This document shows positions 37,341-45,967 of a DNA stretch of 64,000 nucleotides, piece after piece. Both the position numbers and the translations under genes were made by a program. Origin of the DNA: an uncultured Lachnospiraceae bacterium (lineage in GTDB: Bacteria; Bacillota; Clostridia; Lachnospirales; Lachnospiraceae). Positions within the stretch are counted from its first letter, which is position 1; every line of letters starts with the position of its first letter. Location: the NCBI GenBank assembly GCA_910577275.1, contig CAJTMW010000002.1, positions 70,148-134,147 on the forward strand. Direction: 5' to 3'. The notes beneath the pieces were generated by a model. The model was given only the letters and a program-made list of their open reading frames with translations. It did no database searches and was not told the DNA's origin.

Positions 37341-38246
37341 TTATTTTGCTCTATATCTTTTATTTCTGTGGACAACAGACCAGGCGGTTTTTTGAAGAAA
37401 TCTGCCGGCTGCCGTAAGAGACAAACGCCTGCCGTTCTGGTTGGAAAATAATAAATTCACCCCCAAAACCGCCGTACAGATAACGGTTATGAGCGCTGCA
37501 TATTCTGCAAACTGCTCATAGCCGTTTTTTCCATGATGCAAAAGAGGAATTCCCAGCACCACAAAGAGATACCAGAAGGCAGGAGGTATCAGCTGACGGA
37601 GTTTCCCTTTTTTGCCGCTCTTACAGTCTGCAATAGAAGAAGATTCCGTAAGCCTGTCGCAGAATCCCCCGGATAAGCGGCAGCTGCCGGTAATCCTCAA
37701 GGAAAGCCGCCCTGCAAACCGGTAAATCACAAGGAGGGAGGAAAAATAAACGGCGCAGCCAATCGCTGTGTGAAGCTGCTCTGGGGTCAGCAGGTCTCTG
37801 AGAATACCCTGCTTTTCGAGAACCGGAGGCAGGTCGATGGAGAGGACAATCCGCAGGCCGTTCACCAGAACCGTGGAGGCATAAGAGAGCAGGAGGCTTA
37901 ACGCCAGCCAGAGAAATCCCTTTTTTGTGCCCAAACGGCTGGTAATAAAATGGGTATAGGAAAAAATCAGGGCTGCCAGAGTAATTACCATGAACTGGAC
38001 GCCGCTGCAGGATTTGGCGATAATAAACTGCAGGTCATGGTTCACATAGCCGGTATGGGGAATATTTTCAAAGGCGTACCCGCCAAGGATACCGGCCCAC
38101 CGGGCGGTGGGAGTCAGTATCCACATAAGGCCGCAGCTGTCGGCGCTGCGGTAATACAGCTTTAAGCCGAGGCAAAAGGCAGCGCCGATAAGATAAAATA
38201 TCCAGTTATTTTTTAAAGTCTGCTTCATATCTGAAATAAATGTCAT
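37341..38246 (-). CDS. xrtK: exosortase/archaeosortase family transpeptidase (exosortase K-like)
   Basis: Multi-TM protein with a Cys-Arg-His triad: IIAKSCSGVQF, VNGLRIV, LHTAIG. N-terminal LKLYYR.A....L.WILTPT segment recalled for XrtK. Confidence 0.82.
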   Translation of the reverse strand: MTFISDMKQTLKNNWIFYLIGAAFCLGLKLYYRSADSCGLMWILTPTARWAGILGGYAFENIPHTGYVNHDLQFIIAKSCSGVQFMVITLAALIFSYTHFITSRLGTKKGFLWLALSLLLSYASTVLVNGLRIVLSIDLPPVLEKQGILRDLLTPEQLHTAIGCAVYFSSLLVIYRFAGRLSLRITGSCRLSGGFCDRLTESSSIADCKSGKKGKLRQLIPPAFWYLFVVLGIPLLHHGKNGYEQFAEYAALITVICTAVLGVNLLFSNQNGRRLSLTAAGRFLQKTAWSVVHRNKRYRAK

Positions 38247-38280
38247 AGGGCAGTTTTCCTTTTCGGGTACATTGCAAAAA

Positions 38281-40305
38281 TCATCCCTTCCGCAGGCTTT
38301 TCCGTCTGCGCTTTACGTAACCGCCGGCCAGTATCGTCACAGCCATAACTGCCAGCAAAGCTTCGCCGGGCTCCGAGCCAATCCGATACCCGCCGAGGGC
38401 GAGATTGGATACCTCAAGAGGCAGAGGCAGGGGCTGGTCGATATCGGTGCTGCTGCCGGCAGGGTTCCTGACAGTTTCCATCACGGCAATGAAAGAGGTA
38501 TAGGGGGTCATCATACTGTATTTTAATCCGATTTCGGTGACCTCATCCTTAATGTCAGGATTGTTCTCATTGATTCCGTAGTCGGTGAGCCGCTCGATTC
38601 TTTTCCGTGCCCAGAGGTAGCGGATGGCATCGTTATTTTCAAGAGGCGGCGTCTCAGAGACGGAAAGGGTCTGCGAGTACGCATGCCGGTCGCCGGTTTT
38701 TCCTGTGATTTTAATCTCCCCGGCGGCTTCGCCCCGCCATTTTCCATAGACCACAATGGGCTTTTGGGCAAAAAGGGTGGGCAGGCTATGGGGCTCCACA
38801 TCGTAAACGTCAAAGCCGTCGTAGGTCACCTGAATGTCGGAAAGAACAGGGGACTCAATGTAGGTGCGGAAGGTTTCGGCAGTTGACGCCGCCTCGGAGG
38901 AGTCCGTCACCACAAAGGCTTCTCCGAGCCCGGATTTTGCAATGCCGTCAATGAGATATCGGTTGACGGAGGAGCCGATTCCAAAGGGGAAAAAGCTGAC
39001 GCTGCCAAGGTTATTGTCAATCAGTTCAAAAATTTCTTTTTCCCCGGAAACATAGCCGTCAGTGATGACGACGATACTGCGCACCATATCATTGTTTGCG
39101 GGGACGGACAGGGCGGTTTCAATCGCCGGGGCAAGCTCCGTGCCGCCTCCGCCCTCCTTATCTTCGATAAAGTCCAGGGCTTCCCGGATATTTTTGTCCG
39201 TGGCTTTCAGGGAGCGGGAGGACATTAACGTGGTGTCGTCTGAAAAAAGCACCAGATTAAAGCAATCGGAGGAGCGGAGATTGGAAACAAGGTTCTTAAT
39301 CAGCCCCCTGGCGGTATCGAGGGGATAGCCGTCCATGGAGCCCGAGACGTCCAGCACGAAAATGTATTCCCGGGGCAGAATTTCCTCAGGCTTTTGACGC
39401 TCCGGCGGCTGAACCATCAGTAGAAAATAGTTTTCGTCTTCGCCGGTGTTCAGCATCAGGCCGCAGTTTACCTCCTCGCCGTTTAATTTATAATCCAAAA
39501 TGAAATCCCTGTTTCCGGCAAAATCCCCGGCATCATCGGGGGCAAGACCGATGCGGGCAAAGGAGTCCGTATCCTTTATAACTTTTATTTTATGGGAGGA
39601 ACAGGAGATATCCGCGATGGGAACGCCCGCCGAAAGGGTGACATTGATATCATATTTTCCGGGAGAAGAAGTATTTTCCGGCAGATAGGGAGTTTCCACC
39701 CAGCCGTTCTCGTCCGTATCCTCCAACAAACCTGCATAGCGCGGGCCGACTACCGTGGGGAAAACAAACTGATAGGAGCCCTCCGAGGGAGTAATCAGCT
39801 CTGTGTAAAAGAGCTCGATGCGCACATTGTCGCCGGGCATGATATTTGCCACGTCCATGGTGAACACGTTAGGGCGCTGCTGCTCGAGCAGCGAGGCGCT
39901 TTTCCCTTCGCTTTTCGCCTCCTCATATTCCGTCTTTGCCTCCTCCTTTTCCTTAATCTGGGCGGTGATAATGTGATTGCCGATAATCATCTGCATTCCA
40001 TGGACGGTGACGCCTGTGGGAGCGGGAAAGACATAGCTGGCGTTTATGGGCGTTTTTCCTTCATTGGCGTAGGTCTGAGTGACTGTTGTCGCGGCAATAA
40101 CGCCGTCAATATTCGTTGAGACAGTGGTTTCCTTCAAAGGAAAATGCTCTAACGACGCGTTCTCTTGGTTCAGGATAATCATGTAGGGGGCAAGGGGCCT
40201 GTCCTCATCGTCCTCATGCGATTCCCCGGCATAAACGGCGGCAGGGGTTGCAAGAAAAGTAAATAAGATAAAAATGGTACACAGGATAAGTTTCTTTTGT
40301 TTCAT
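38281..40305 (-). CDS. secreted VIT + von Willebrand A domain protein with a C-terminal GSEP sorting signal
   Basis: Signal peptide (..PAAVYA); VIT domain (VTQTYAN...YVFP..EKEEAK..YE.AK.EGKSASLLEQ..NVF...VANI); MIDAS DVSGSM and ITDG; tail GSEP + hydrophobic helix + KRRRKSLRK. Confidence 0.9.
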   Translation of the reverse strand: MKQKKLILCTIFILFTFLATPAAVYAGESHEDDEDRPLAPYMIILNQENASLEHFPLKETTVSTNIDGVIAATTVTQTYANEGKTPINASYVFPAPTGVTVHGMQMIIGNHIITAQIKEKEEAKTEYEEAKSEGKSASLLEQQRPNVFTMDVANIMPGDNVRIELFYTELITPSEGSYQFVFPTVVGPRYAGLLEDTDENGWVETPYLPENTSSPGKYDINVTLSAGVPIADISCSSHKIKVIKDTDSFARIGLAPDDAGDFAGNRDFILDYKLNGEEVNCGLMLNTGEDENYFLLMVQPPERQKPEEILPREYIFVLDVSGSMDGYPLDTARGLIKNLVSNLRSSDCFNLVLFSDDTTLMSSRSLKATDKNIREALDFIEDKEGGGGTELAPAIETALSVPANNDMVRSIVVITDGYVSGEKEIFELIDNNLGSVSFFPFGIGSSVNRYLIDGIAKSGLGEAFVVTDSSEAASTAETFRTYIESPVLSDIQVTYDGFDVYDVEPHSLPTLFAQKPIVVYGKWRGEAAGEIKITGKTGDRHAYSQTLSVSETPPLENNDAIRYLWARKRIERLTDYGINENNPDIKDEVTEIGLKYSMMTPYTSFIAVMETVRNPAGSSTDIDQPLPLPLEVSNLALGGYRIGSEPGEALLAVMAVTILAGGYVKRRRKSLRKG

Positions 40306-40364
40306 TGTCAGCCTCGTTTCCGGCGCATTTAGCGCCTTTGATAGTTAAAATTTATAATGACAAG

Positions 40365-40403
40365 GCATCAAAAGAGCATCAAAGTTGTATCATTTTTGCA
40401 TCA
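40365..40403 (-). promoter_or_regulatory. four phased 11-bp direct repeats (probable OmpR/PhoB-type binding site) upstream of the VIT-exosortase operon
   Basis: GCATCA at 40365, GCATCA at 40376, GTATCA at 40387 and GCATCA at 40398 (TGATGC on the coding strand). Confidence 0.65.
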
Positions 40404-40463
40404 TTTTATCATGAAAGCCGCATGGGAAGCGGATGGGGGTTATGTAATATCCAGAGCCGCACC

Positions 40464-40493
40464 GCACCGGAATCTGAAAATTGATTTCCGTGC
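40464..40493. repeat. dispersed intergenic repeat family B, copy 1
   Basis: Reverse complement is 27/30 identical to 44494-44523; core GAAAATTGATTTCC also exact at 15460 and 44539. Confidence 0.7.
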
Positions 40494-40509
40494 AACGCTG
40501 AAATTCTGC

Positions 40510-40580
40510 TTGCATTTCTCTGAAAAACATATATAATAAAATATAAACAAATATAAATAATTACAAACAATTAAAAACAA
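40510..40580 (+). promoter_or_regulatory. promoter with four 10-bp tandem repeats (DeoR-type operator)
   Basis: TTGCAT-N16-TATAAT, then ATATAAACAA/ATATAAATAA/TTACAAACAA/TTAAAAACAA (40541-40580) upstream of the DeoR gene. Confidence 0.6.
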
Positions 40581-40669
40581 GAATTTACCAAACGGCAAAA
40601 AAGAAATTTCCCACGGCCAAAAGCATTTGGAAAAAGTGCAAAATTCAGGGCAGAAACGAGGTAACAAAC

Positions 40670-41443
40670 ATGTTCATGGAAGAGAGGCAGAAGGATATCG
40701 TAAAACGAGTTAATGAATCCGGCAGAATTATGGTGACGGAAATCCAGTCCGTCTATCAGGTATCCGCCGATTGCGCCAGAAGGGACTTAAGGCTCCTTGA
40801 GAGCAGAGGGCTTTTGCAGCGGACCCATGGCGGGGCGATTGCGGTGAGCAGGCAGGGAATCTACCCGGAGGCGACCTACACGCCGAAAAATCTGCCCCGG
40901 GCAAAGGAAAGCTATCTGGCGGCAGCCAGGCGGGCTCTTACTTATATTGAAGATAAGGACGTGATTTTTCTGACCTCGTCCTCCGTCGGATATTATATGG
41001 CATTGTATTTTCCCGACAATATCAGAGCCATTGTGTTAACCAATTCCATTACGGTCGCCGAGGCCCTCAGGGAAAGGGAAAACGCATCCGTCATCCTTCT
41101 GGGCGGGGAGATGTCCCGCCGCGGGAACTGCCATGATTTTTACACCATTCAGATGGTAAAAAATATCCGCATGGATAAAGCCTTTTTGTCCCACACTGGA
41201 CTGTCGCCGGAGTTTGGCGCGTCCATCCACGACAGCGCCGGAGTGATGTTTGGGCGGGCGGTTATGGAAAACAGCAAAATGAACATCGGCATTTACCCCT
41301 CGGAAAAGCTGGGCAGAAATTCCCTTCATTCCGTGTGCCGGGCGGAGGATTACGATTTGCTGATTACGGACGAAAACGCCCCGGAGGATTTTCTTTTGCA
41401 GATGGCGGAGTTAAATGTGAAGGTTGATACAGCCTGCCTGTAA
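40670..41443 (+). CDS. DeoR/GlpR family transcriptional regulator
   Basis: EERQKDI...VSADCARRDL..LE.RGLLQRTHGGA HTH; C-terminal sensor domain (TNS, LLGG, LLITD). Confidence 0.9.
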   Translation: MFMEERQKDIVKRVNESGRIMVTEIQSVYQVSADCARRDLRLLESRGLLQRTHGGAIAVSRQGIYPEATYTPKNLPRAKESYLAAARRALTYIEDKDVIFLTSSSVGYYMALYFPDNIRAIVLTNSITVAEALRERENASVILLGGEMSRRGNCHDFYTIQMVKNIRMDKAFLSHTGLSPEFGASIHDSAGVMFGRAVMENSKMNIGIYPSEKLGRNSLHSVCRAEDYDLLITDENAPEDFLLQMAELNVKVDTACL

Positions 41444-41489
41444 ATATTATGTATGGAAAGGAACCTGCAACACCGGAATGGGAAAGAAG

Positions 41490-42095
41490 ATGTATTGTAT
41501 ATTAGTGACCGGCATTCCTGCCTCCGGCAAAAGCACCATAGCGGAGTTTTTATCCCATGCGCTGCGTCTGCCCATGATTTCAAAGGACAGGATTAAGGAA
41601 GATTTATACGATTTGATTGGATTTCAGTCAAGGGAGGAAAAGGTGCAGCTTGGCATCGCCAGCATGAACATCATGTACCATGTGGCGGAACAGCTCATGA
41701 AGGGCAGCCAGCCCTTTTTGCTGGAAAACAATTTTGAAAGGATATCGGAGAAGGGGCTTTTTACCCTTCTTGAAAAATATGATTATCAGGCCATCACCGT
41801 GACGCTGACGGGGGACTACAGAACCATCTATCAGCGCTTTCTTGAAAGGAACGAAAGTCCGAAGCGGCACAGAGGCCATGTGGTGAACGACTGCTATCCT
41901 GAAAAGGAGCGGAAGAAGGAGCCGGAGCCGATTCCCTACAAACGCTTCGTGGAGGGTATTACCATGCGGGGGATGGACAGCTTTACGGCAAACGGCCCCC
42001 GGATAGTTCTGGACACCACGGATTTTGACACCGTCGATATGGAAGAACTGGTTCAAAATATTGATATCTGCCGGAGGGAGCTGCTGCAAAAGTAG
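41490..42095 (+). CDS. P-loop (AAA_33-like) kinase
   Basis: Walker A GIPASGKST, SKDRIKE, LENNF and RFLERN..RH.GH motifs. The start may be 41478. Confidence 0.8.
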   Translation: MYCILVTGIPASGKSTIAEFLSHALRLPMISKDRIKEDLYDLIGFQSREEKVQLGIASMNIMYHVAEQLMKGSQPFLLENNFERISEKGLFTLLEKYDYQAITVTLTGDYRTIYQRFLERNESPKRHRGHVVNDCYPEKERKKEPEPIPYKRFVEGITMRGMDSFTANGPRIVLDTTDFDTVDMEELVQNIDICRRELLQK

Positions 42096-42161
42096 AGGAG
42101 ATTTTATGGAATGCCATAAGGAATTGTTGCGGAAACAGCCGGGATTTTATATAATGATTTC

Positions 42162-42794
42162 ATGAAAACACTACACGATAAGGATATCAGGGAGCCTCTT
42201 TTTGAATTTCTCGAGGAGGTTTACGGGAAAGTGAGAATCCTGGAGGAAAAGACCATGGGCAAGTCGAGGGCGGACGTGGTGATGGTGACGCCGGATTTGC
42301 TCTGTGGAATTGAAATTAAAAGCGACGCCGATACCTACGCCAGACTGAAACGCCAGGTAAAGGACTACGACCTGTACTATGACTGCAACTATGCGGTGGT
42401 GGGAACCAGCCACGCCATGCACATTAAGGAGCATCTCCCGGCATGGTGGGGAATCATCACCGTGGAGCTGGTGGAGGAAAAGGCGGATTTTTATATTATG
42501 CGGAAAGCCCTTCCCAATCCGAAGACGGACTGGAAAAGAAAAATAGGCATTCTCTGGCGGCCGGAGCTTGCCCACATACAGGAGCTGAACGGGCTGCCGG
42601 GATATAAGGAAAAAAGCAAGCTTTTCGTACAGGAAAAGGTGCTTGATAAGGTGCCCCGGGAGGTGCTGCAAAGGCAGCTCTGCGAGGAGCTTTTCGAGAG
42701 GGATTATACGGTAATCGGGGAGGAGATACAAAAATTCCGTGCAGAAAACGGAAAAAGAAAAAGAACAGGAAAGAAAAGGAGCAGGCGGCGATAA
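42162..42794 (+). CDS. sce7726 family protein (PD-(D/E)XK-like)
   Basis: DKDIR, EE...G.SRADV, GIEIKSDADTYARL..QV..Y, P.WWGI and LWRPEL motifs. Confidence 0.75.
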   Translation: MKTLHDKDIREPLFEFLEEVYGKVRILEEKTMGKSRADVVMVTPDLLCGIEIKSDADTYARLKRQVKDYDLYYDCNYAVVGTSHAMHIKEHLPAWWGIITVELVEEKADFYIMRKALPNPKTDWKRKIGILWRPELAHIQELNGLPGYKEKSKLFVQEKVLDKVPREVLQRQLCEELFERDYTVIGEEIQKFRAENGKRKRTGKKRSRRR

Positions 42795-42801
42795 ACCCTC
42801 A

Positions 42802-43218
42802 TTATCCCGGAGGGGTAATGTTTGCGTCCAGAATGCTCTGCAGGGTATAGTTGCTCATCTCCGCAAGGGGCATATTAAAGGAGCCCTCGTCAAAAAGAAG
42901 GGCAACGGCGAAAAGATTCACTTCATACTCGTTGGCAAGGTTGGTATCCTTGTAATTGCTTTTGTTGGCATGGTTAAAGACGGCATGCCCCAGCTCATGG
43001 GCGCAAAGGACATTTTTGGAAACGGCGTCATAGTTGTCGTTAATCAAAATCACCTTTAAGCCGTCTTCAAATTTATAGGTGTTGGCCTTCAGATACTGCG
43101 TGCCGGTTTTGATAAAGCCCACATTGTAGCGCAGTCTGCGGGCAATCTCCACCGCATTGGTGGTTTCGAAGACATTCCTTAAAATTTTGGCGTATAAAAT
43201 AATGTTTTCTTTTGTCAT
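42802..43218 (-). CDS. ImmA/IrrE family metallopeptidase
   Basis: ILIN...CAHELGHAVF (HExxH) and EYEVNLFAVALL motifs. Confidence 0.85.
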   Translation of the reverse strand: MTKENIILYAKILRNVFETTNAVEIARRLRYNVGFIKTGTQYLKANTYKFEDGLKVILINDNYDAVSKNVLCAHELGHAVFNHANKSNYKDTNLANEYEVNLFAVALLFDEGSFNMPLAEMSNYTLQSILDANITPPG

Positions 43219-43257
43219 GGTAAATTCTCCTTTGTACCCTGTAATAAGTATAAATAT

Positions 43258-44433
43258 TTATGCTCCGCTTGTCAATATATAGTGTGGAAAAGAAGCGGCG
43301 ATTCCATATTTTGTGTTGTCCCCTGCAGGCTGCGCCTTTGCCTGATGAGACGGGGCGGCCTTTTCGTCTGCTGCTGCGGAGCTTTGGCGGTATTTTTCCG
43401 CGGCGGGGTCTTTCATCTGAAAATGCCGGAACCATTCCTTTGTGTCCGTATTTTTTTCCGTAAGAGACCTGTTCTTGTAGAGAAAGCGGGTCAGGGCATA
43501 GCAGTCCACCCAGATTTCGTTGTTCCCCTCCTTTTGGGACTCGTCAAAAATAAGCTGCAGCCCCCAGTGGAGATGGACGGTCTCAATGTTGTTGGTGTTC
43601 TCCACGGTGCTGTAGCCGGTGTGTCCCATATAGCCAATCACGTCTCCGGCAGTTACAATGCTTCCTTCTTCCAGGTTCAAAGCGTAGGGAAAGTTTTGCC
43701 GAAGATGGGCGTAATAATAGTAGCGTTTGCCGTCAAAGCTTCGGATGCCGATGCGCCAGCCGCCGTACTGATTCCAGCCCAGAGCCTCCACATAGCCGGA
43801 CTCGATTGCGATTATGGGCGTGCCCACCTGCCCCATCATGTCATGTCCCAGATGGGGCCTCCTGTAGCCGTAGCTCCGGGAGGAGCCGAAGTCGTCATAG
43901 TCGCTGTACTCAAAGCCCTTGGCAATGGGAGAAAAGGCTTTCAGCCCGTAAACCTTTTTCCACTGTTTTTTTCCGTTTTCATCCTCCTGTTCGATTTCAT
44001 ATTCGCCCACCATGCCGCCAAGAACCGCTTCGTAGGCTTCATAGTAGTAATCAAAATATTTCATGTCCTTTGTCAGCTTTTTCATGGTGGTTTCCCCGGA
44101 GGAAAGCTCCGAGGCAAGCTTTTTGATAAGAGCCGGACTGTCTTTTCCGAAAGTACCGCCCTTTTTGGCTCCCACATAGGCCAAAAGCTCAATCCAGTCA
44201 AGATGCACGGGCTGTCCGTAGCTTTCCACATCCAGATTGTAAGCGGCGCAGAGGGCTTCATAAGTGACGTTGAAATCCACCCATTTGATATAAGCGCCGC
44301 CGGCGCCGGCAGCCACCTCGACGGCGTTTGCCTTCCGGCCTTCTCTTTCTGACTGGCAGCTTTTTAACAGGCAGACTAAAATCAGGAGAAGCCCCAATAT
44401 GAGAATAGCGATGGTATAGCAGAGTTTTTTCAT
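43258..44433 (-). CDS. M23 family metallopeptidase (probably sporulation-related)
   Basis: N-terminal TM; YIKWVDF; HLGHD (HxxxD), YYYAHL, GYMGHTG and HLH motifs. Confidence 0.88.
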   Translation of the reverse strand: MKKLCYTIAILILGLLLILVCLLKSCQSEREGRKANAVEVAAGAGGAYIKWVDFNVTYEALCAAYNLDVESYGQPVHLDWIELLAYVGAKKGGTFGKDSPALIKKLASELSSGETTMKKLTKDMKYFDYYYEAYEAVLGGMVGEYEIEQEDENGKKQWKKVYGLKAFSPIAKGFEYSDYDDFGSSRSYGYRRPHLGHDMMGQVGTPIIAIESGYVEALGWNQYGGWRIGIRSFDGKRYYYYAHLRQNFPYALNLEEGSIVTAGDVIGYMGHTGYSTVENTNNIETVHLHWGLQLIFDESQKEGNNEIWVDCYALTRFLYKNRSLTEKNTDTKEWFRHFQMKDPAAEKYRQSSAAADEKAAPSHQAKAQPAGDNTKYGIAASFPHYILTSGA

Positions 44434-44463
44434 GACGTGTACCCACGGAAAACAGATTAAGAA

Positions 44464-44492
44464 AATATATGCGGCGGGAGGGGAGAATATAA
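44464..44492 (-). promoter_or_regulatory. putative sigmaE-type promoter for the M23 peptidase
   Basis: Minus strand TTATATT-N14-CATATATT resembles the sigE consensus. Confidence 0.45.
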
Positions 44493-44493
44493 C

Positions 44494-44555
44494 GCACGGA
44501 AAACAATTTTCGGATTCCGGTGAGCGTACGTGGAGTCAGAAAATTGATTTCCATG
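44494..44555. repeat. dispersed repeat family B as an imperfect inverted pair (long hairpin)
   Basis: CACGGAAAACAATTTTCGGATTCC ... GGAGTCAGAAAATTGATTTCCATG. Confidence 0.65.
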
Positions 44556-44641
44556 AATATAGCATGCAATCCGGCGACATTTAGCGGTTTGTATGGTACA
44601 ATAAAAAAAGGTATATGGCTTTGCGAAGGGATAAAGAATAA

Positions 44642-45838
44642 ATGGATTTTTTACAGGCGGCGGCGCTTTTTACGCCCGCGTTTACGGGACTGGCAATGAC
44701 AATTTATGACAAAGACCCGGAAGTGTTGAAAAATTTCGAAAAGAAATACTGCTTTTCTGCCGGTCTGCAGAGCGCGTTCACAGCTTCGGAGCTGACGTCG
44801 TTTTCAGAACTGCGGGAGAAAGCGTATATTTATGAAATCATTGACCCTATGGAGGTTCATCTGATTGTATTCTGGGCGGGGGAGAGCTGCGTGCTTTTAG
44901 GTCCTTTTGTGGAATCCAAATGGAACGAGAAAAAAGCCAGACAGCTTCTTGCCGGCCACGGGGCCGATGCAGGGACATTTTTTTCCTATAAAATGTATTA
45001 CTGCCAGCTTCCGATTCAGCAGGGAAATTATGTGGCAAGAATTGCATTGTTTTTGCTTGATAACGGTACGGAATCGGAGGATTTCCGTGAAATCAGAACG
45101 GTTTACACCCATGAGCGGCAGGGCAATCCCCGCCTCGTTCCCCAGGAAGCCTATGAGGAGATTGCCATTGTAAACCGGCGCTATCATATGGAGGAGCAAT
45201 TTATCGAAGCCGTAAGCGCAGGGGAGACGAAAAAGGCGCTGCTGCTTTTGAGGGAGCTGGAAACGCTGTCCGCAGGTCTTCGCTTTGTGTCGGAAAATAT
45301 GAAGGACCAGATTGCCGGGGCGGCTATTGTGCGGACGGTGATAAGAATGGGCGCGGAACGGGGCGGGCTTGCCCCTGTGGTTATTGACTCAATCAGTCAA
45401 GAGTATGCCCAGCAGATGCAGCACACGGTTTCCGCAGAAAAGCTGGGGCGGCTTCTGGAAAAGATGGTTATTCAGGTTTGCGGCGTTATCAGGGAAGAAC
45501 ACAAAAATAACTATTCCGTGTATGTCAAAAAAGCGATTGACTATATCGGTCTGAATTTAAGCCGGCAGCTTACCGTGGCGGAGTTGTCCGAGGTTTCCGG
45601 CATTACCAAGTCCTACTTTGTGAAAATTTTCGGGAAGGAGACGGGCATGACGGTGAAGCAGTACATGGCGAAAAAGCGCTGCGAGGCTGCCGCGGAGCTG
45701 CTGCTTGACAGTAAGCTGAGCGTCCAGCAGGTCGGGGCATATGTGGGGTACGCCGATAACAATTACTTTTCCAAGGTATTTAAGGCAAATATGGGGGCGT
45801 CGCCGCAGGATTACCGGAAAAAGTATAATTTTTACTAA
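44642..45838 (+). CDS. AraC family transcriptional regulator
   Basis: C-terminal double HTH (YFVKIFGKETGMT...VGYADNNYFSKVFK..G.SP..YR). Confidence 0.9.
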   Translation: MDFLQAAALFTPAFTGLAMTIYDKDPEVLKNFEKKYCFSAGLQSAFTASELTSFSELREKAYIYEIIDPMEVHLIVFWAGESCVLLGPFVESKWNEKKARQLLAGHGADAGTFFSYKMYYCQLPIQQGNYVARIALFLLDNGTESEDFREIRTVYTHERQGNPRLVPQEAYEEIAIVNRRYHMEEQFIEAVSAGETKKALLLLRELETLSAGLRFVSENMKDQIAGAAIVRTVIRMGAERGGLAPVVIDSISQEYAQQMQHTVSAEKLGRLLEKMVIQVCGVIREEHKNNYSVYVKKAIDYIGLNLSRQLTVAELSEVSGITKSYFVKIFGKETGMTVKQYMAKKRCEAAAELLLDSKLSVQQVGAYVGYADNNYFSKVFKANMGASPQDYRKKYNFY

Positions 45839-45967
45839 AAGTTATGCGTTTTTTCTATCAGACAGACACCTGCTTTCATTATAATAAAATATTATGCCGG
45901 AGAAGTAAAAACGGCAGTCGGAAGCAGAAATGAAACAGAAAACCGGAAAAAGGAAGGAGAAATTTTT

